A DNA stretch of 63,878 nucleotides, filler included, from Octopus bimaculoides (lineage: Eukaryota): the NCBI RefSeq assembly GCF_001194135.2. It is 6 parts of 5 records of this genome, joined end to end, with 100 filler letters (N's around TTAATTAATTAA, not from the genome) between each part and the next. Parts side by side here need not be neighbours in the genome. Positions count along the whole stretch, not along the records: positions 1 to 22,491 come from NC_068999.1; positions 22,592 to 44,509 come from NC_068999.1; 4 more parts are not named here. One strand, given 5' to 3'. This document shows positions 21,987-34,950 of the stretch, in pieces. Position numbers and translations under genes: made by a program. The notes under the pieces are model-generated. The model searched no databases. It had not been told where the DNA came from and worked only from the letters and a program-made list of their open reading frames with translations. The first letter of the stretch is position 1, and each line of letters begins with the position of its first letter.

Positions 21987-22491
21987 ACACGTATGTACAC
22001 ACGAACATATGTGTGATTGTGTTATAACTTTTTCTAGTGATTTTTTTCCCTTCCGTCAGATTATATTTCCTGGATTCGTTCAGGTTGTTACAACGCCAGG
22101 TAATGTCAGTAGACTCCCTCCGGGAAGGGATTCTGATAACAATTAACTGTTGATATCAGAAATAATTTCAGACATCGTTAGAAGTCAAGACCAGCCCTGA
22201 AAGCTACAAGTTGACGAAGATGAGAGAAATCCCAATTATCTTCGCCAAAATTATATAATGAACCATCACTTCGAAATGGTTTTCGCTCTGTGTTCTTGCC
22301 ACGTTGGCTGGAATAAAGGCGAACCTTAAAATTCTACAGAAACAACCAATAAAATATTCACTTCGATGCAAGAATATTTACTGGGAAATAATCAGATCTT
22401 TTAATTATTGATAGCAAATTAATATTAACAACAGATGATATTAATTAAAGAAGAAATCTACCAAGATAAATGGAAATTTATTTTATATATA

Positions 22492-22591
22492 NNNNNNNNN
22501 NNNNNNNNNNNNNNNNNNNNNNNNNNNNNNNNNNNTTAATTAATTAANNNNNNNNNNNNNNNNNNNNNNNNNNNNNNNNNNNNNNNNNNNN
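22492..22591. other. Artificial scaffold linker N44-TTAATTAATTAA-N44
   Basis: Exactly 44+12+44 = 100 bp; the palindrome puts TAA in all six frames. Confidence 0.95.
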
Positions 22592-23196
22592 CTCTCTCTC
22601 CCTGCTTCACTCTAACGTTATACGTTTCTCTCTCTCTCTCTCTATATATATATATCTGTCTCTGTCGTCCGTCTCTTGACTCATCATCTTAACAGGAAAG
22701 TGCCGTTTTGTCCAGATTCTTCATCTCTTCATCTTCATCACAACAGCTGCATTCACTAAAACAGAGAGGAACAATCAGAAATCTGTTCCTAACCTTTAAA
22801 CACTCTTCGTCTTTGACCGTCCCCTTCATTCCGATCCCTGCTGACCTTCACTCACACTCATCTAGCCTGCGAAATACTTGCTCGTGGCACATGAATGGCT
22901 TTTGGACAACTATATCATCCCCTGTATCGATAGACGTGCCTCTGAGTTACGGCCACTCCCCACTCTTCGTGGTTCTTGTTCTTTTTCTGCTCTTCTTTCC
23001 TTCATCCGCTTTCACCCCTTTCTCTCACTTCTTCTTCTTTTTCTTCTTCTTCTTCTTCTTCTTCTTCTTCTTCTTCTTCTTCTTCTTCTTCTTCTTCTTC
23101 TTCTTCTTCTTCTTCTTTTTCTTCTTCTTCTTCTTCTTCTTCATCATCATCATCATCATCATCGTCGTCGTCGTCGTCATCATCATTTTTCTCGGA

Positions 23197-23205
23197 TTAT
23201 TATTA

Positions 23206-23242
<37 letters not shown>

Positions 23243-23480
23243 GTTGTTTTTTTTTCCTTCTTTCTTCAAATTTTCTTCCATTTCTCGCCGAGTGTNNNNN
23301 NNNNNTTTAAAAAAAAAAAAAAAAAAATCATGAATGGATGTTGTTTTCACAGCGATAATGCTCTTCTCAGTACATGAGTCGTTCCAGTTAGCACGATTTT
23401 TTGCACTTTGGTCCGCTAGCATGGATTCCGGCTCCTCCAAATTCTGTAGGAGTTTGCAGTGTGTTTCTCTTGGGTTGGCC
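23197..23480 (-). mobile_element. R4/Dong-type (REL endonuclease) LINE 3' end with (TAA)n tail
   Basis: Minus strand translates ...KVQKIVLTGTTHVLRRALSL*, followed by an A-rich UTR and (TAA)n. Confidence 0.65.
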
Positions 23481-23503
23481 TACTTAATGCAATTATTATT
23501 ATT

Positions 23504-23537
<34 letters not shown>

Positions 23538-23538
23538 A

Positions 23539-23601
<63 letters not shown>

Positions 23602-23714
23602 NNNNNNNNNNNNNNNNNNNNNNNNNNNNNNNNNNNNNNNNNNNNNNNNNNNNNNNNNNNNNNNNNNNNNNNNNNNNNNNNNNNNNNTATCATTATTATT
23701 ATTATTATTATTAA

Positions 23715-23777
<63 letters not shown>

Positions 23778-25112
23778 CAGGAGGAGGAGTTTATTCCTAA
23801 GTCATTAGGGACGATGCATTGATAACATAAAGCAAAGATATTCTAGTCATCACTGTTCCTCTTTTATACTGACATAGCGACACAGCACATCCAGAACTAA
23901 ATCATCTAATGCATCAATCATAGCGTCCTTCGTTCTCTCTTGGTTTGGGGTCCAATTTAAACAAATATGTCTAACTGGCTTAAAACTGGCTCTGCCTAGT
24001 TACCGCAGAATGCTTGCCTAAAATGGATTCAAGCAATGAAAAAGCAAAACACTTTATGCAACTTAAAAAATTAGAAAATAATGCGTCGATTTGTCCACTC
24101 CATTATTCAACCAACACTTTGCAGTATCTGTTTACAAGACATTTTACAATAATACTTCACTTCCAGCATAAGTAGCCACAAGAATTATGTGATAGAATTT
24201 TTATTGCGAAGCATTCGACTTTGGACAACCTCCATCCAACATGAAAACATATGAAAACGTATTTTTGTCTTTGTTCATAACCTAAATTTCGCGAACGTGT
24301 AATTGCATTCACCTTAGCAGCAAATATCTACAAAACCGTAGATATTTGTTAAAAGAACTTATTTATCGAATCCCTGCTAATTTTAAACTATTTTCCGAAT
24401 CATACATAAGGTTAATTTCAAATTCTTTCAAATCGTATTACTTCCAGCATCTGTAAACAACTCACCGTCGAATTAGATGTCTCGACTCTACTCCGTCTCA
24501 ATCTATTTCAGGTCTTAGATATAATAACACATCTTTAAAATCAAATGAACGATCATAAGGTTAGCCATACCTTATTCGTACTCCAGAGATGTATGTCTAC
24601 TATGCGATGACTATGGAGCATCAAGGGTTTAAGAGAAGCTCAGATGGTGATGGTAACTGTCGTATAGCTGACACACAGATGGTGATACTCATGGTGGTTG
24701 TATTTGTGGTGTTGGTGTTGATGGCGGTGGAGGTGGTATTTGTAGCAGTATTAACGTTTGTGGTGATGATGTGGCACAGGTGATGTAATTGATGGTGACG
24801 ACGAAGGTGGAGGTAACGAGGGCGGCGGCGAAGATGGCGGTGGCAGCGGCTGTGGTATTGGTGGTGGTGGTGGTGGTGGCAACGTGGGAGGGATGGTCTA
24901 GGCGGTACCAGAATTGGTAGTGAAGTTGGGAAATCGACGGCAATAACAATGGAAGGAAGAGCCCAAAGATATCATCCGACATAAACCTGACACAATAACA
25001 GACGCAGGGAAATATCGCAACAACACAATCAACATCATCATCATCAGCAACAACAACAACAACAACAACAGCAACAACAACAATAATAATAATAATAATA
25101 ATAATAATTATA

Positions 25113-25147
<35 letters not shown>

Positions 25148-25240
25148 CATTGTTATCGTTATCGTTATCGTTATTATTATTATTATTATTATTATCATTA
25201 TTATTATTATTATTGTTGTTGTTGTTGTTGTTATTATTAT

Positions 25241-25276
<36 letters not shown>

Positions 25277-26319
25277 AAAATCACAGCAAAATTAGCAACT
25301 GTGATAGAACTGTCAATAACTGAAGAACAATCAGAACAACGACAACACTATCAGCAACAACAACATTTCGTACAGTGAACTGTTACGAAATATTGTGTAG
25401 CTTCAATGAGTGGTTTAATAATCAGGAAGGAAGGAGACAAAATAGAAAGAAATACAAGTACAGGAGTTACAGGAAGAAGAAAAAAATCGCTGTTTATGAA
25501 ATATTGAAAAGAAGTTGGGTTTTTTTCTTCTCCTATGAATGAGATAAAGAAATTAGAATGAATTATCTCAACAAAAAGTACAGCAACATCAACAAAAACG
25601 AAAGCAAGAACAAAAGACATAAATGAATAATAATAAATAAATGAATTTATTCTAGGGTACAAAATAAAATAAAATAGCAACATAAGCAACACAACAAAAC
25701 AATAGGAATAAACCATAAAGCATCGGATATGTAGAGATTAAAACTGTTTTCTGCCCTGATCGCTACCGCTGCAGTCTCCGTCATAAATAGCGTAGAAGAC
25801 AAAGCTAGTTGCACAGACTCAATCGAAAACTACCTGTCCTGAGGTGATGCAAAACGAGAACATATCACAATATTACAATAGTACTTTGTTCAGCTTGTTC
25901 TTATTGTTGTTGCTATTTTATTTTTATGTCGTAGATGAGATGTTGTTATTGTTCACTTTTTCTATTTTTAAATGCGCATTTATTTATTTTCATGTGATAT
26001 AATATTTATTAATTTGGGATTAATTTTTCTGATCGCCCTCGCTCCACTACATTTCTTCTAATTTTTATTTTTAACTATTACATTTATATATAAGCATGTT
26101 TTATTATCGTGCGATTACAACGTTATCTAGTGGTAGCTGTCCTAGTTATAATTAAGAAACAATTACGTAATTAATAAACCTGCCAATGTAAATCTTTCCT
26201 TTCATCCCTCTGCAGATCCTCCAGTGTCAAAAACGTAGTGCTAATCATATACTGAGTTCATTTAATCAACGTACCTCTTCCTTTAAAAATTATTGTCCTT
26301 ATGTCAAAATGTAAAAACT

Positions 26320-26650
26320 TAAGCTGGCAGAATCGTGGACTCTCCGGGCAAAATGTTTAGTGGTATTTCTTCTGTCATTACGTTCTGAGTTCGAATTCCG
26401 CCGAGGTCGAATGTGCTTTTCAGCCTGTCGGGTTCAATAAAGTAAGTCCCAGTTGAGGACTGAGGTCGATATAGTCGAATTCGCATCTTCCGCGAACTTT
26501 CTGGCTTTGGGCCAAAATTTGAATCCATTGGGATCGACTTTGCCTTTCATCCTTTCGGGGTCGATGAAATAAGTGCCAGCTGAGTACTGAGGTCGATGTA
26601 ATCAACTAGTATCCCCCCCCATAAATTACAGGCCTACAGTGCCTGTAATA
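26320..26650 (+). mobile_element. SINE family C with duplicated body
   Basis: AGCTGGCAGAATCGTGGAC...GAGTTCGAATTCCGCCGAGGTCG..., then a second TCGACTTTGCCTTTCATCCTTTCGGGGTCGAT segment. Confidence 0.8.
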
Positions 26651-27306
26651 GAAAGGGTTATTATTATTATTATTATGATACATTTTCATTTTCATTCTTT
26701 CATCCGGAAAATGGATTTTCTTCCGTTTCTGAAGTCAAGTATTTACCTTTTTGTCAATGGAAAATGGATATANNNNNNNNNNNNNNNNNNNNNNNNNNNN
26801 NNNNNNNNNNNNNNNNNNNNNNNNNNNNNNNNNNNNNNNNNNNNNNNNNNNNNNNNNNNNNNNNNNNNNNNNNNNNNNNNNNNNNNNNNNNNNNNNNNNN
26901 NNNNNNNNNNNNNNNNNNNNNNNNNNNNNNNNNNNNNNNNNNNNNNNNNNNNNNNNNNNNNNNNNNNNNNNNNNNNNNNNNNNNNNNNNNNNNNNNNNNN
27001 NNNNNNNNNNNNNNNNNNNNNNNNNNNNNNNNNNNNNNNNNNNNNNNNNNNNNNNNNNNNNNNNNNNNNNNNNNNNNNNNNNNNNNNNNNNNNNNNNNNN
27101 NNNNNNNNNNNNNNNNNNNNNNNNNNNNNNNNNNNNNNNNNNNNNNNNNNNNNNNNNNNNNNNNNNNNNNNNNNNNNNNNNNNNNNNNNNNNNNNNNNNN
27201 NNNNNNNNNNNNNNNNNNNNNNNNNNNNNNNNNNNNNNNNNNNNNNNNNNNNNNNNNNNNNNNNNNNNNNNNNNNNNNNNNNNNNNNNNNNNNNNNNNNN
27301 NNNNNN

Positions 27307-27344
<38 letters not shown>

Positions 27345-27346
<2 letters not shown>

Positions 27347-27560
27347 AAATGCATTCGTGCCGGTGACACGTAAAAGCGCCCGTGCGGTGCCGCGTAAAGG
27401 CACCCAGTATACTCTGTAAAGGGGTTGGCGTTAGGAAGGGTATCTAGTCGTAGAAATCATGCCAAATCAGAGTGGAAACTAGTGCAACTCTCCAGCTTTT
27501 CACCTCTGGTCAAACCGTCCAACCCATTCCAGTTGGACGTTAAATGATGACGATGACGAA
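27345..27560 (+). mobile_element. RTE 3' tail copy
   Basis: GGGGTTGGCGTTAGGAAGGGTATCTAG...AAACCGTCCAACCC...GACGTTAAAT(GAT)n. Confidence 0.7.
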
Positions 27561-27689
27561 GATGGTGTATGAATCTATGTATATATGTATGTATGTATGT
27601 ATGTATGTTTGTATATGTGTGTGCGCCTCTCATAATCCACACATACATGTATTTATGTGCACATGTATTTATGTGCACATGTATGTATG

Positions 27690-27720
<31 letters not shown>

Positions 27721-28469
27721 CTGTGTCTGTGTGTATGTATATATACGAATATGTATATGTATATGTGTGTCTGAGTGCGCACGCGCGTGTATTATATATA
27801 TGCATTTAAAAAATAATACAAGAATGAAACAACATACATAACTAACATTATGAACAACAACAACAACAACAGCAACAACAAGGTAATAAGAACACGGATA
27901 AGAAACAAAAGAAAAAACCGAAAACTCTGCCGGAAACAGTTGAAAATTGAATCATTTTGTAAAAAGGGAAAACAATTGTGAAAAACAATAAGGAAAATCA
28001 AATGAGAGAATTGGCGGGAAATTCTGGAAATATTTGGGGAAATAGTCAATAAACACAGGAAGTGATAAGAACAACAATAACAACAAGAACGACAACAACA
28101 ACAACAACAACAACAACAGCAATAAGTATAATATTATTAACAGCAAGCAGTTACATCCAACTGCACTACTCAGCTGATTGAACATGATGGCCTCTACATG
28201 GTCATTCAACCGTATTAGAAATATCAGCTGAATTTCCCTCTATTCACATAGTACATTTTTTTATAACAGAGCTATTGAAGCTCTGAATGTTCTGTTGAGT
28301 ATCTGGTTGAACGTGTGCATGACACTATAAAATGTTAGTTGAGGATGATGGACAAGGGATTTGTTTCACGCACGCAAACACACACACACACACGCACACA
28401 CACACACACACACATACACACACACGCACACACACACAATCTACCTACAAACATATTTATATGATGATC

Positions 28470-28660
28470 TGGCAGTGTGAAAAGAAGCTTGCTTCCCAGC
28501 CACATGGCTTTGGGTTCAGAAGTGTAGGTGCAAGTGTGGCTATATGGTAAGAAGTTTACTTCCCAGCCACATGGTTCTGGGTTCAGTCCCACTGCGGGCC
28601 GAGAAAAGCCTTGTGAGTGGATCTGGCAGGCGAAAACTGAAAGAAACCCGTCGTATATAT
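28470..28660 (+). mobile_element. SINE family A with duplicated head
   Basis: Two consecutive AAGAAG(C/T)TT(G/A)CTTCCCAGCCACATGG..TGGGTTCAG heads. Confidence 0.75.
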
Positions 28661-29139
28661 GTGTGTGTGTGTGTGTGCGCGTGTGTGTGTGTGTGCGTGT
28701 GTGTGTGTGTGCGTGTGTGTATGTGTGTACACTTTTTTTAATTAATAATCAGCACTAATATGCGGACTTATACACATTTATATACATACATATATAAGCT
28801 ATTGTTGAGTTTAATAAGTATTGGAAGGGGCGCGATATGATCGGCTAAATCTCTTGACTACGCCTGCAAAAAGAGAAGGTCCTTCTAAGACTCCATTAGA
28901 TCATATGTCTGGTGGATCATGTTGGACCTTTGATTAAACAACAGCCATAGCCTTAACATCAACAACACGACAAATGAATCCCGGAGGAGCCAGATGTAGA
29001 AGATGGAATTTTGTGAATTAATTCGATGTCAGTGCCTAATCGTTTGTTACGTTATTCTATCGAGTACGAACGTTTAATGTTGTCTTGTTTTTAATAAGAA
29101 AAATGTTTTAAAAATCAATCAACTAGCGGGTTCGATTCA

Positions 29140-29330
29140 GTCTGCCACACATGTGATCCAATGTGATCATAGAACTGATATTATATTGGTAGACAAGGAA
29201 GAAAAACCGTGGCTGATCACAAGCATTGTTTGCTCTGGGGACGATAGAATCGTTTGAAATGGAGAAAACTGATGAGATATGAAGCGCTCAAGAGTAAAAT
29301 CAAAAGGTTAATGGTGAATGAAACAAATAT
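29140..29330 (+). mobile_element. R4/Dong-type REL endonuclease fragment
   Basis: QCDHRTDIILVDKEEK...CSGDDRI resembles the QCD..I..R.PDI..VDK....C.IIDIA.PGD.RI signature; disrupted. Confidence 0.55.
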
Positions 29331-29399
29331 TCCCTCATCCGCCTATTGTAGCCTTTAAACGCAATAAAAATGTAACCAATATCTCTAATCGTAAAAAAA

Positions 29400-29720
29400 A
29401 GTTATGATTTATACAGAATGTGGGACCTGTAACGATTTCCATTTGATGCAAGCAGCTGAAAGCACCAAACACAACTTAATTTGTGTTGGTTGCACAACAG
29501 AAAGATTAAATAAAAGATTCACTGGGAATAGGTACGATGTCAGACACAATAACAGAAACTCGACGGAACTTGCTGAGCATTTCATATCAAGCAACTGTTG
29601 AAGAACATCTGAAAGTACACATTTACAGAAAATATTTTGACCCCACTTCACTTTCAGTTCTCAAAATACATGAGGATAAATATAACTTTGAGTTACGAAC
29701 GTCACGCCCTGGAGGAATGT
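29400..29720 (+). mobile_element. Penelope-like element GIY-YIG endonuclease fragment
   Basis: NLICVGCTTERLNKRFTGNRYDVRHNNRNSTELAEHF...LKIHEDKYNFELRTSRPGGM: the YVG.T...L..RF..HR, LA.HF and E..W...L.T..P.G.N pattern. Confidence 0.7.
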
Positions 29721-29934
29721 ACATAACTAGAGGAGAATTCCATCACATTTGTACAAAACTTTTTGACAAAGTGTTCTTTTTTCTATTTTCTTTTTTCTTT
29801 CTTCATTTTTCCTTTCTCCTTATTAGTTATGAAAACTTAATGACTTCGTTTCATCTACAAAGGATCTGCAAAAAAATCATGTTCAAATTTTGATTATTGT
29901 ATTTTTAAATTTTAAATTATTGTATTTTCTTATT

Positions 29935-30175
29935 TCATTCAACCCCCAAAGAATTCCTCTCAACACATGGCTATGATGTTCCCCCCACTACTTCTGCTCG
30001 TGATCAGAGATGCACATATCGTCAGTCGTCAGCCACTAAGGGACATGCTCAAATGGTTATGGACAAACAACTGACAAGTAAATGTGTGGTAGTGAGCAGA
30101 ATACTTGTTGTAGCTCATCTTTTATACCAAGGCAAAACAATGTACATGATAACACTTCCAGTTATTGTTATTATT
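29935..30175 (+). mobile_element. Non-coding interspersed repeat, family D (3' part, TTA tail)
   Basis: CCCCAAAGAATTCCTCTCAACACATGGCTATGATG...GTGATCAGAGATGCACATATC; homologous to 59940-60316 and (reverse) 54826-54990. Confidence 0.7.
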
Positions 30176-30179
30176 ATTA

Positions 30180-32724
30180 AATCAAAATTTAAAAAAAGAG
30201 TGCCAATCATACAAGGACGCGTATCAGACAGGTACAGACACGTACAATCGGATCCACGTTTGATCGCATTAAAAACACATAAAAAGTGTGTTCTCGGCCG
30301 GTCAACGCGATCGTGTTTTCTACCCGACTTTTGAATAGAGGATTACTAATGAAACCGCAGTTCTTACAACTTACCCAACATATCGTATTATCTCTCCAGG
30401 TACGTACATTATTACGCAAGTGTTAGTCTAATTGTAATCTGTAGAAATTTTGCTGTCAGTGATATGGAAAAACGTTCCCTTAATTCTCAGTCCACCAACT
30501 CGGAAAAAAGATTCTGTAGACGATATCACGACAATTGTGTCAAATATGGTTTTGTATCCAGTGTAGAAGATCCTTTTTACCACAGTGTATTATCTGCTCA
30601 AAAGTGTAAACTAACGACTCAAAATTGCTGTATCATCTACAAAAAATTGTCGTATCATCTACAAAAAATCCATCCTGATTTATATGGCAAGCCAAAAGGA
30701 GTACTTCGAAGAATACAATCGCAAAAAATATGTCTCATCTTCATCGCACAAAAATGTCCTCGTCCATTCTAACAACCGTTCTGATCTGCAGGCGTCCTAT
30801 AACATTTCGCTCATGATAGCAAAACAGGGTCGTCCACATACCATTAGCGGAGATCTGATTAGGCCTCCATACTTGAAGCATATAAAGTTGCTAATGTGCC
30901 GAATGCTGCCTCAGTTTTAGCAAATATTCCACTTTCAAACAACACTGTATTTTCCTGCATTTGTGAAATGGCTGAATATGTTCGAATCCATAGTTGTAGA
31001 AAACTTGCGACACTGCAGATTCTCGTTGACGGTGAATGACAGCACTTTTGACGACAAATGTGTTGTCCTTGCCTTTGCTCGCTACGTGAAAGGTACCACA
31101 GTTTGTGAAAACCTCCTCTTTATGAAAACTGTACTGAAAAACACAGGAGAGACGATCTACAATGCAGTCGTGGATTATCTTATTAAAATGACATTGATCT
31201 CTTCAACCTCATATCAATATGCACTGACGGAGCACCATCTATGATTGGCAAATCCCAGGGCTTTGTTGCCAGATGGATAGAATTTAATCCCGTTTTCACA
31301 ATTCACTGCGTTCTCCACCGAGAAAATTTGATAGCAAAAAGAACCGGAAATAATATATTTTCTGAAACCCTAGACTTAATTGCTTCCGCAGTAAAAAAAA
31401 AAAAAAATCAAAAGATCTGCTCATCAAGACAGGCATTTTCAAGAAGCTTGTAAAGATAAAGTGTTCGAACGTTTATTGTATTCGATAGATATACGCTGGC
31501 TATCAATGGGAAGTTGTCTCAAACTTTTCGATAAAGTTATAGAGTTTCTTCAACAGACTAATCCAACTATAGCAGCATCACTTTCTCAGAAAAAAAAACT
31601 TGTAATTTTTTATTTACATGAAATCTTTCAAAAACTTAATGACCTCAATATTTCTTTACAAAAGCAAAACATCAACATTGTACAAGCCAAACACTTGATA
31701 AGGGCGTTTGTGAATAAACTCGTTCTTTGGAAACTTCAAACTGAAGATCATAAGTTTCTGCAGTTCACAAACTTAAAAATTGTTGTGGTAGATAATGACT
31801 TGCACAAATATATAATCGGGCATCTATATTCCTTTCACGAAAACTTCAATATTCGTTTTGAAGATATTTTGGCTTTAAATATCCCAATTTTTGTGAACTC
31901 TCTTCACACAATGTCTATGAACGATATACTTGTTCAAACAGAAAGCGTTGAGATGGAGCTATATGAGGCGACGGTTGATGATAATCTGCACAAATCGTCT
32001 GAAAACAAATACGTCGAAGCTTGGTTGAATCATTCTCACGAATATCCAAAGCTGTTTGAACAAGTCGAGCATTTTATCATAAATCTCCCGGCACCTTAAT
32101 TGGCTGAAAAGGGATTTTTCCCTGTACTCCACTCGTTCACGAAGCAGCGGAGACGTTTGATCCTCGATAACAATGCTGATTTGAGAATTCACTTGAGCCA
32201 AAAAGAGCCATGGATTTCTCAGCTTGTGGATAAAAAGCAAGCGCAAGAGCCTCACTGATGGTTTCTTGGCGTTTTTCCCTACAACTTGTCGCTGACATTT
32301 TAAAGTTAATTCAATTTGTTATTTTCCCTCACGTTTACACGACTTTTTATACTGACCCCAACTTCATTCCTCACATTTTTTGAATTTACCCTTCACATTG
32401 ATATATTTTAACTGTACAGATTTTTTTTCTGAATAAAAAGAGGTGTTTTGCATAACTCAGCAACCTTTTCTATTTGATTCTATCAAATAAAGCTTTCTTG
32501 AGAATCATGTGCATTTGCAAATTGGTTTTGTTATTGGTGTCCTCAGTTATTTGTTCTCTGTGATGTCCCTTACAAGAACGAAAAAGGAACTTTCATTGCA
32601 AAGTGAAAATAATACTATTTATGTGTAGAGTTTTTTTTTATAATACATTTAAAGTTTGAGGTGGTCCGCAGGAAAAATTACTTATTTTGGTGGTCCACAG
32701 TGAAAAAATGTTTGGGACCCCCTG
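30180..32724 (+). mobile_element. hAT Charlie-like DNA transposon, 5'-truncated, decayed transposase (30464-32258)
   Basis: Multi-frame motifs: ..VKYGF, ASYNISLMIAKQGRPHT, IPLSNNTV, SICTDGAPSMIG, IHCVLHRENL, IRWLS, LNDLNISLQ, .KGFS, KQAQ..H*. Right TIR ...TTTGGGACCCCCTG ends at 32724, followed by CACTACAT. Confidence 0.85.
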
Positions 32725-33229
32725 CACTACATGGTAGCTCTGGTCTCCTAGAAGTAACAGCAAAATCACTGGTAAACTACCCCGTCATCTTTTAAAATAT
32801 GACATATTCGACAATGTGCTTCAGAACGCTGTTTCTGAAACTAAAATGTGTTGGTCACGGATTGAATGTCTTTGGTTGGATCAAGTCCGACTTAGGGCTA
32901 AACAAACAATAACATCATCAGGGACTCACATTGATATATTCCGTCTAGACACAAGGGTTTAGATTTATAAAAGAGGGGAAATGAGAGGTGGCGTGCCGTT
33001 GCTTTTTCCCAAAGGCACTATCAACATAATTGATATCAATGGGCCACAGCTAGATATTGAAACCCGGTCGCAATCTTTGCATTCCGGAAGTTTTTCTCTT
33101 GCTCTATGATTAAGGCCACACCCACATTTTAACTAAATGAAAAATTACATGGCCAATGGCAATTCGCAAAAGACAAAAAGGAAACAAAATATGTATGGAG
33201 GTGTGTGTAGTGGGTGAGACAAAGCAGGA

Positions 33230-33421
33230 AGACATTAGACAATTTTTAACAACAACCACAGCAACAACAACAACAACATTTACAACGATGACATCAACAA
33301 CAATTAAAACAACAACAGCGGTAATAAGATAATGGAATTAAAACAACAGCAATAATACAGGTTATTATCAAAGAACAGCAACTATAACAACAACAACAAC
33401 AACAACAACAATTACTACTAT

Positions 33422-33482
<61 letters not shown>

Positions 33483-33899
33483 GCTACTACTACTACTGCT
33501 ACTACAGCAGCATTAACAATGCTAATAAGACAAATTAATAACAATAACAACGAAAGAAACACTGTAAACAATAATATGAAGCATTGCGCCAACAACAACA
33601 GCAACAATGACAACTACAACGTTTACGGCAATAAGAAAAACAGCAAAAACTAAATAAGTAAATAAATAAACAATGATAGTGACGATGTCGATGAACAGAA
33701 TGACGAAGACGACAATGATGACGACGACGATGATGGTGATGATGATGATGATGATGGTGGCGGTGGTGGTGGTGGTGGTGGTGGTGGTTGTGGTGGTGGT
33801 GATGGTGATAGTGGAGATAATGATTATAGTGGTTATGTGTATGTCGATACTGATGAAGATTCCGGTTGGTACTGATGTTGATGATGATGACGACGATGT

Positions 33900-33941
<42 letters not shown>

Positions 33942-34950
33942 CGATGATGAACATGATGATGATGATGATGATGATGGTGATGACGATGATGATGATGATG
34001 GTGATGATGATGGCGATGATGGTGGTGGTGATGGCGATGATGGTGGTGATGATGATGATGATGATGGTGATTGCGATGAAGTTGCCGACAAACAGGAAGA
34101 CAATCGTTAAGTGGGAGGTAATTTCCTTCTCCTCCTCTTCCACCTCTTACTCCTCGCACCACCACCACCACTACCACTACCTTTATTCCTTCATGTGGAA
34201 GGGAAAGTGTCGGCACATCATCATATAGATACATAATTCAACTGCACCCCTATCACCACCACNNNNNNNNNNNNNNNNNNNTGCGATGAAGTTGCCGACA
34301 AACAGGAAGACAATCGTTAAGTGGGAGGTAATTTCCTTCTCCTCCTCTTCCACCTCTTACTCCTCGCACCACCACCACCACTACCACCACCACCATCAAC
34401 ACCACCACCACCATCAACGCCACCACCGCAAACAACAACATCGCAACTGCCATCATTTCCATTGACATTGCAACCGCCATTATTATCATCATCATCATTA
34501 TCCTCATCATCATCATCATCATCATCGTCATTATCACTACCAACAACAACAACATCACCACCATCACAAGTATCATAATCATCACGAAATTCAACGACTC
34601 TAAGCGCCACTATCGTGTAGACCAGGTTCGTCACCATCCGTTCGTATGTCTTCACCAGCATTATCAACATTAACAGTGTCACCATCACCGTCATTACCAT
34701 CATTATCACAATTAATAGTGACGGTAGCTTCACCACTGCTACCTTCACCATTGTCAATCACTAACACATCCCCACCGTCACTACCATCACCATCATCGTT
34801 AACGTTACAACTTCATACCGTTATCTTCACCACTATTACTGCTGCCACCATGATTATTACAGACACCCCACCACCATCACCACCACCACCGCCTCTACAA
34901 CCGCTATCATTCACATTAAAGCCTCCACACCAATCATTACCAACTTCAGC
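33230..34950. repeat. Trinucleotide mosaic (AAC, TAC, GAT, GGT, CAC/CAT blocks)
   Basis: Successive simple triplet arrays generate homopolymer ORFs in several frames. Confidence 0.9.

Noticed and set aside
22794-22835. Possible ATG3 first exon (MKGTVKDEECLK|GT)
   Set aside because: Only KGT and the terminal LK resemble the expected N-terminus, and it lies beyond an artificial linker.
33368-34757. Overlapping poly-M/D/H/S/I ORFs
   Set aside because: Triplet microsatellite mosaic open in most frames.
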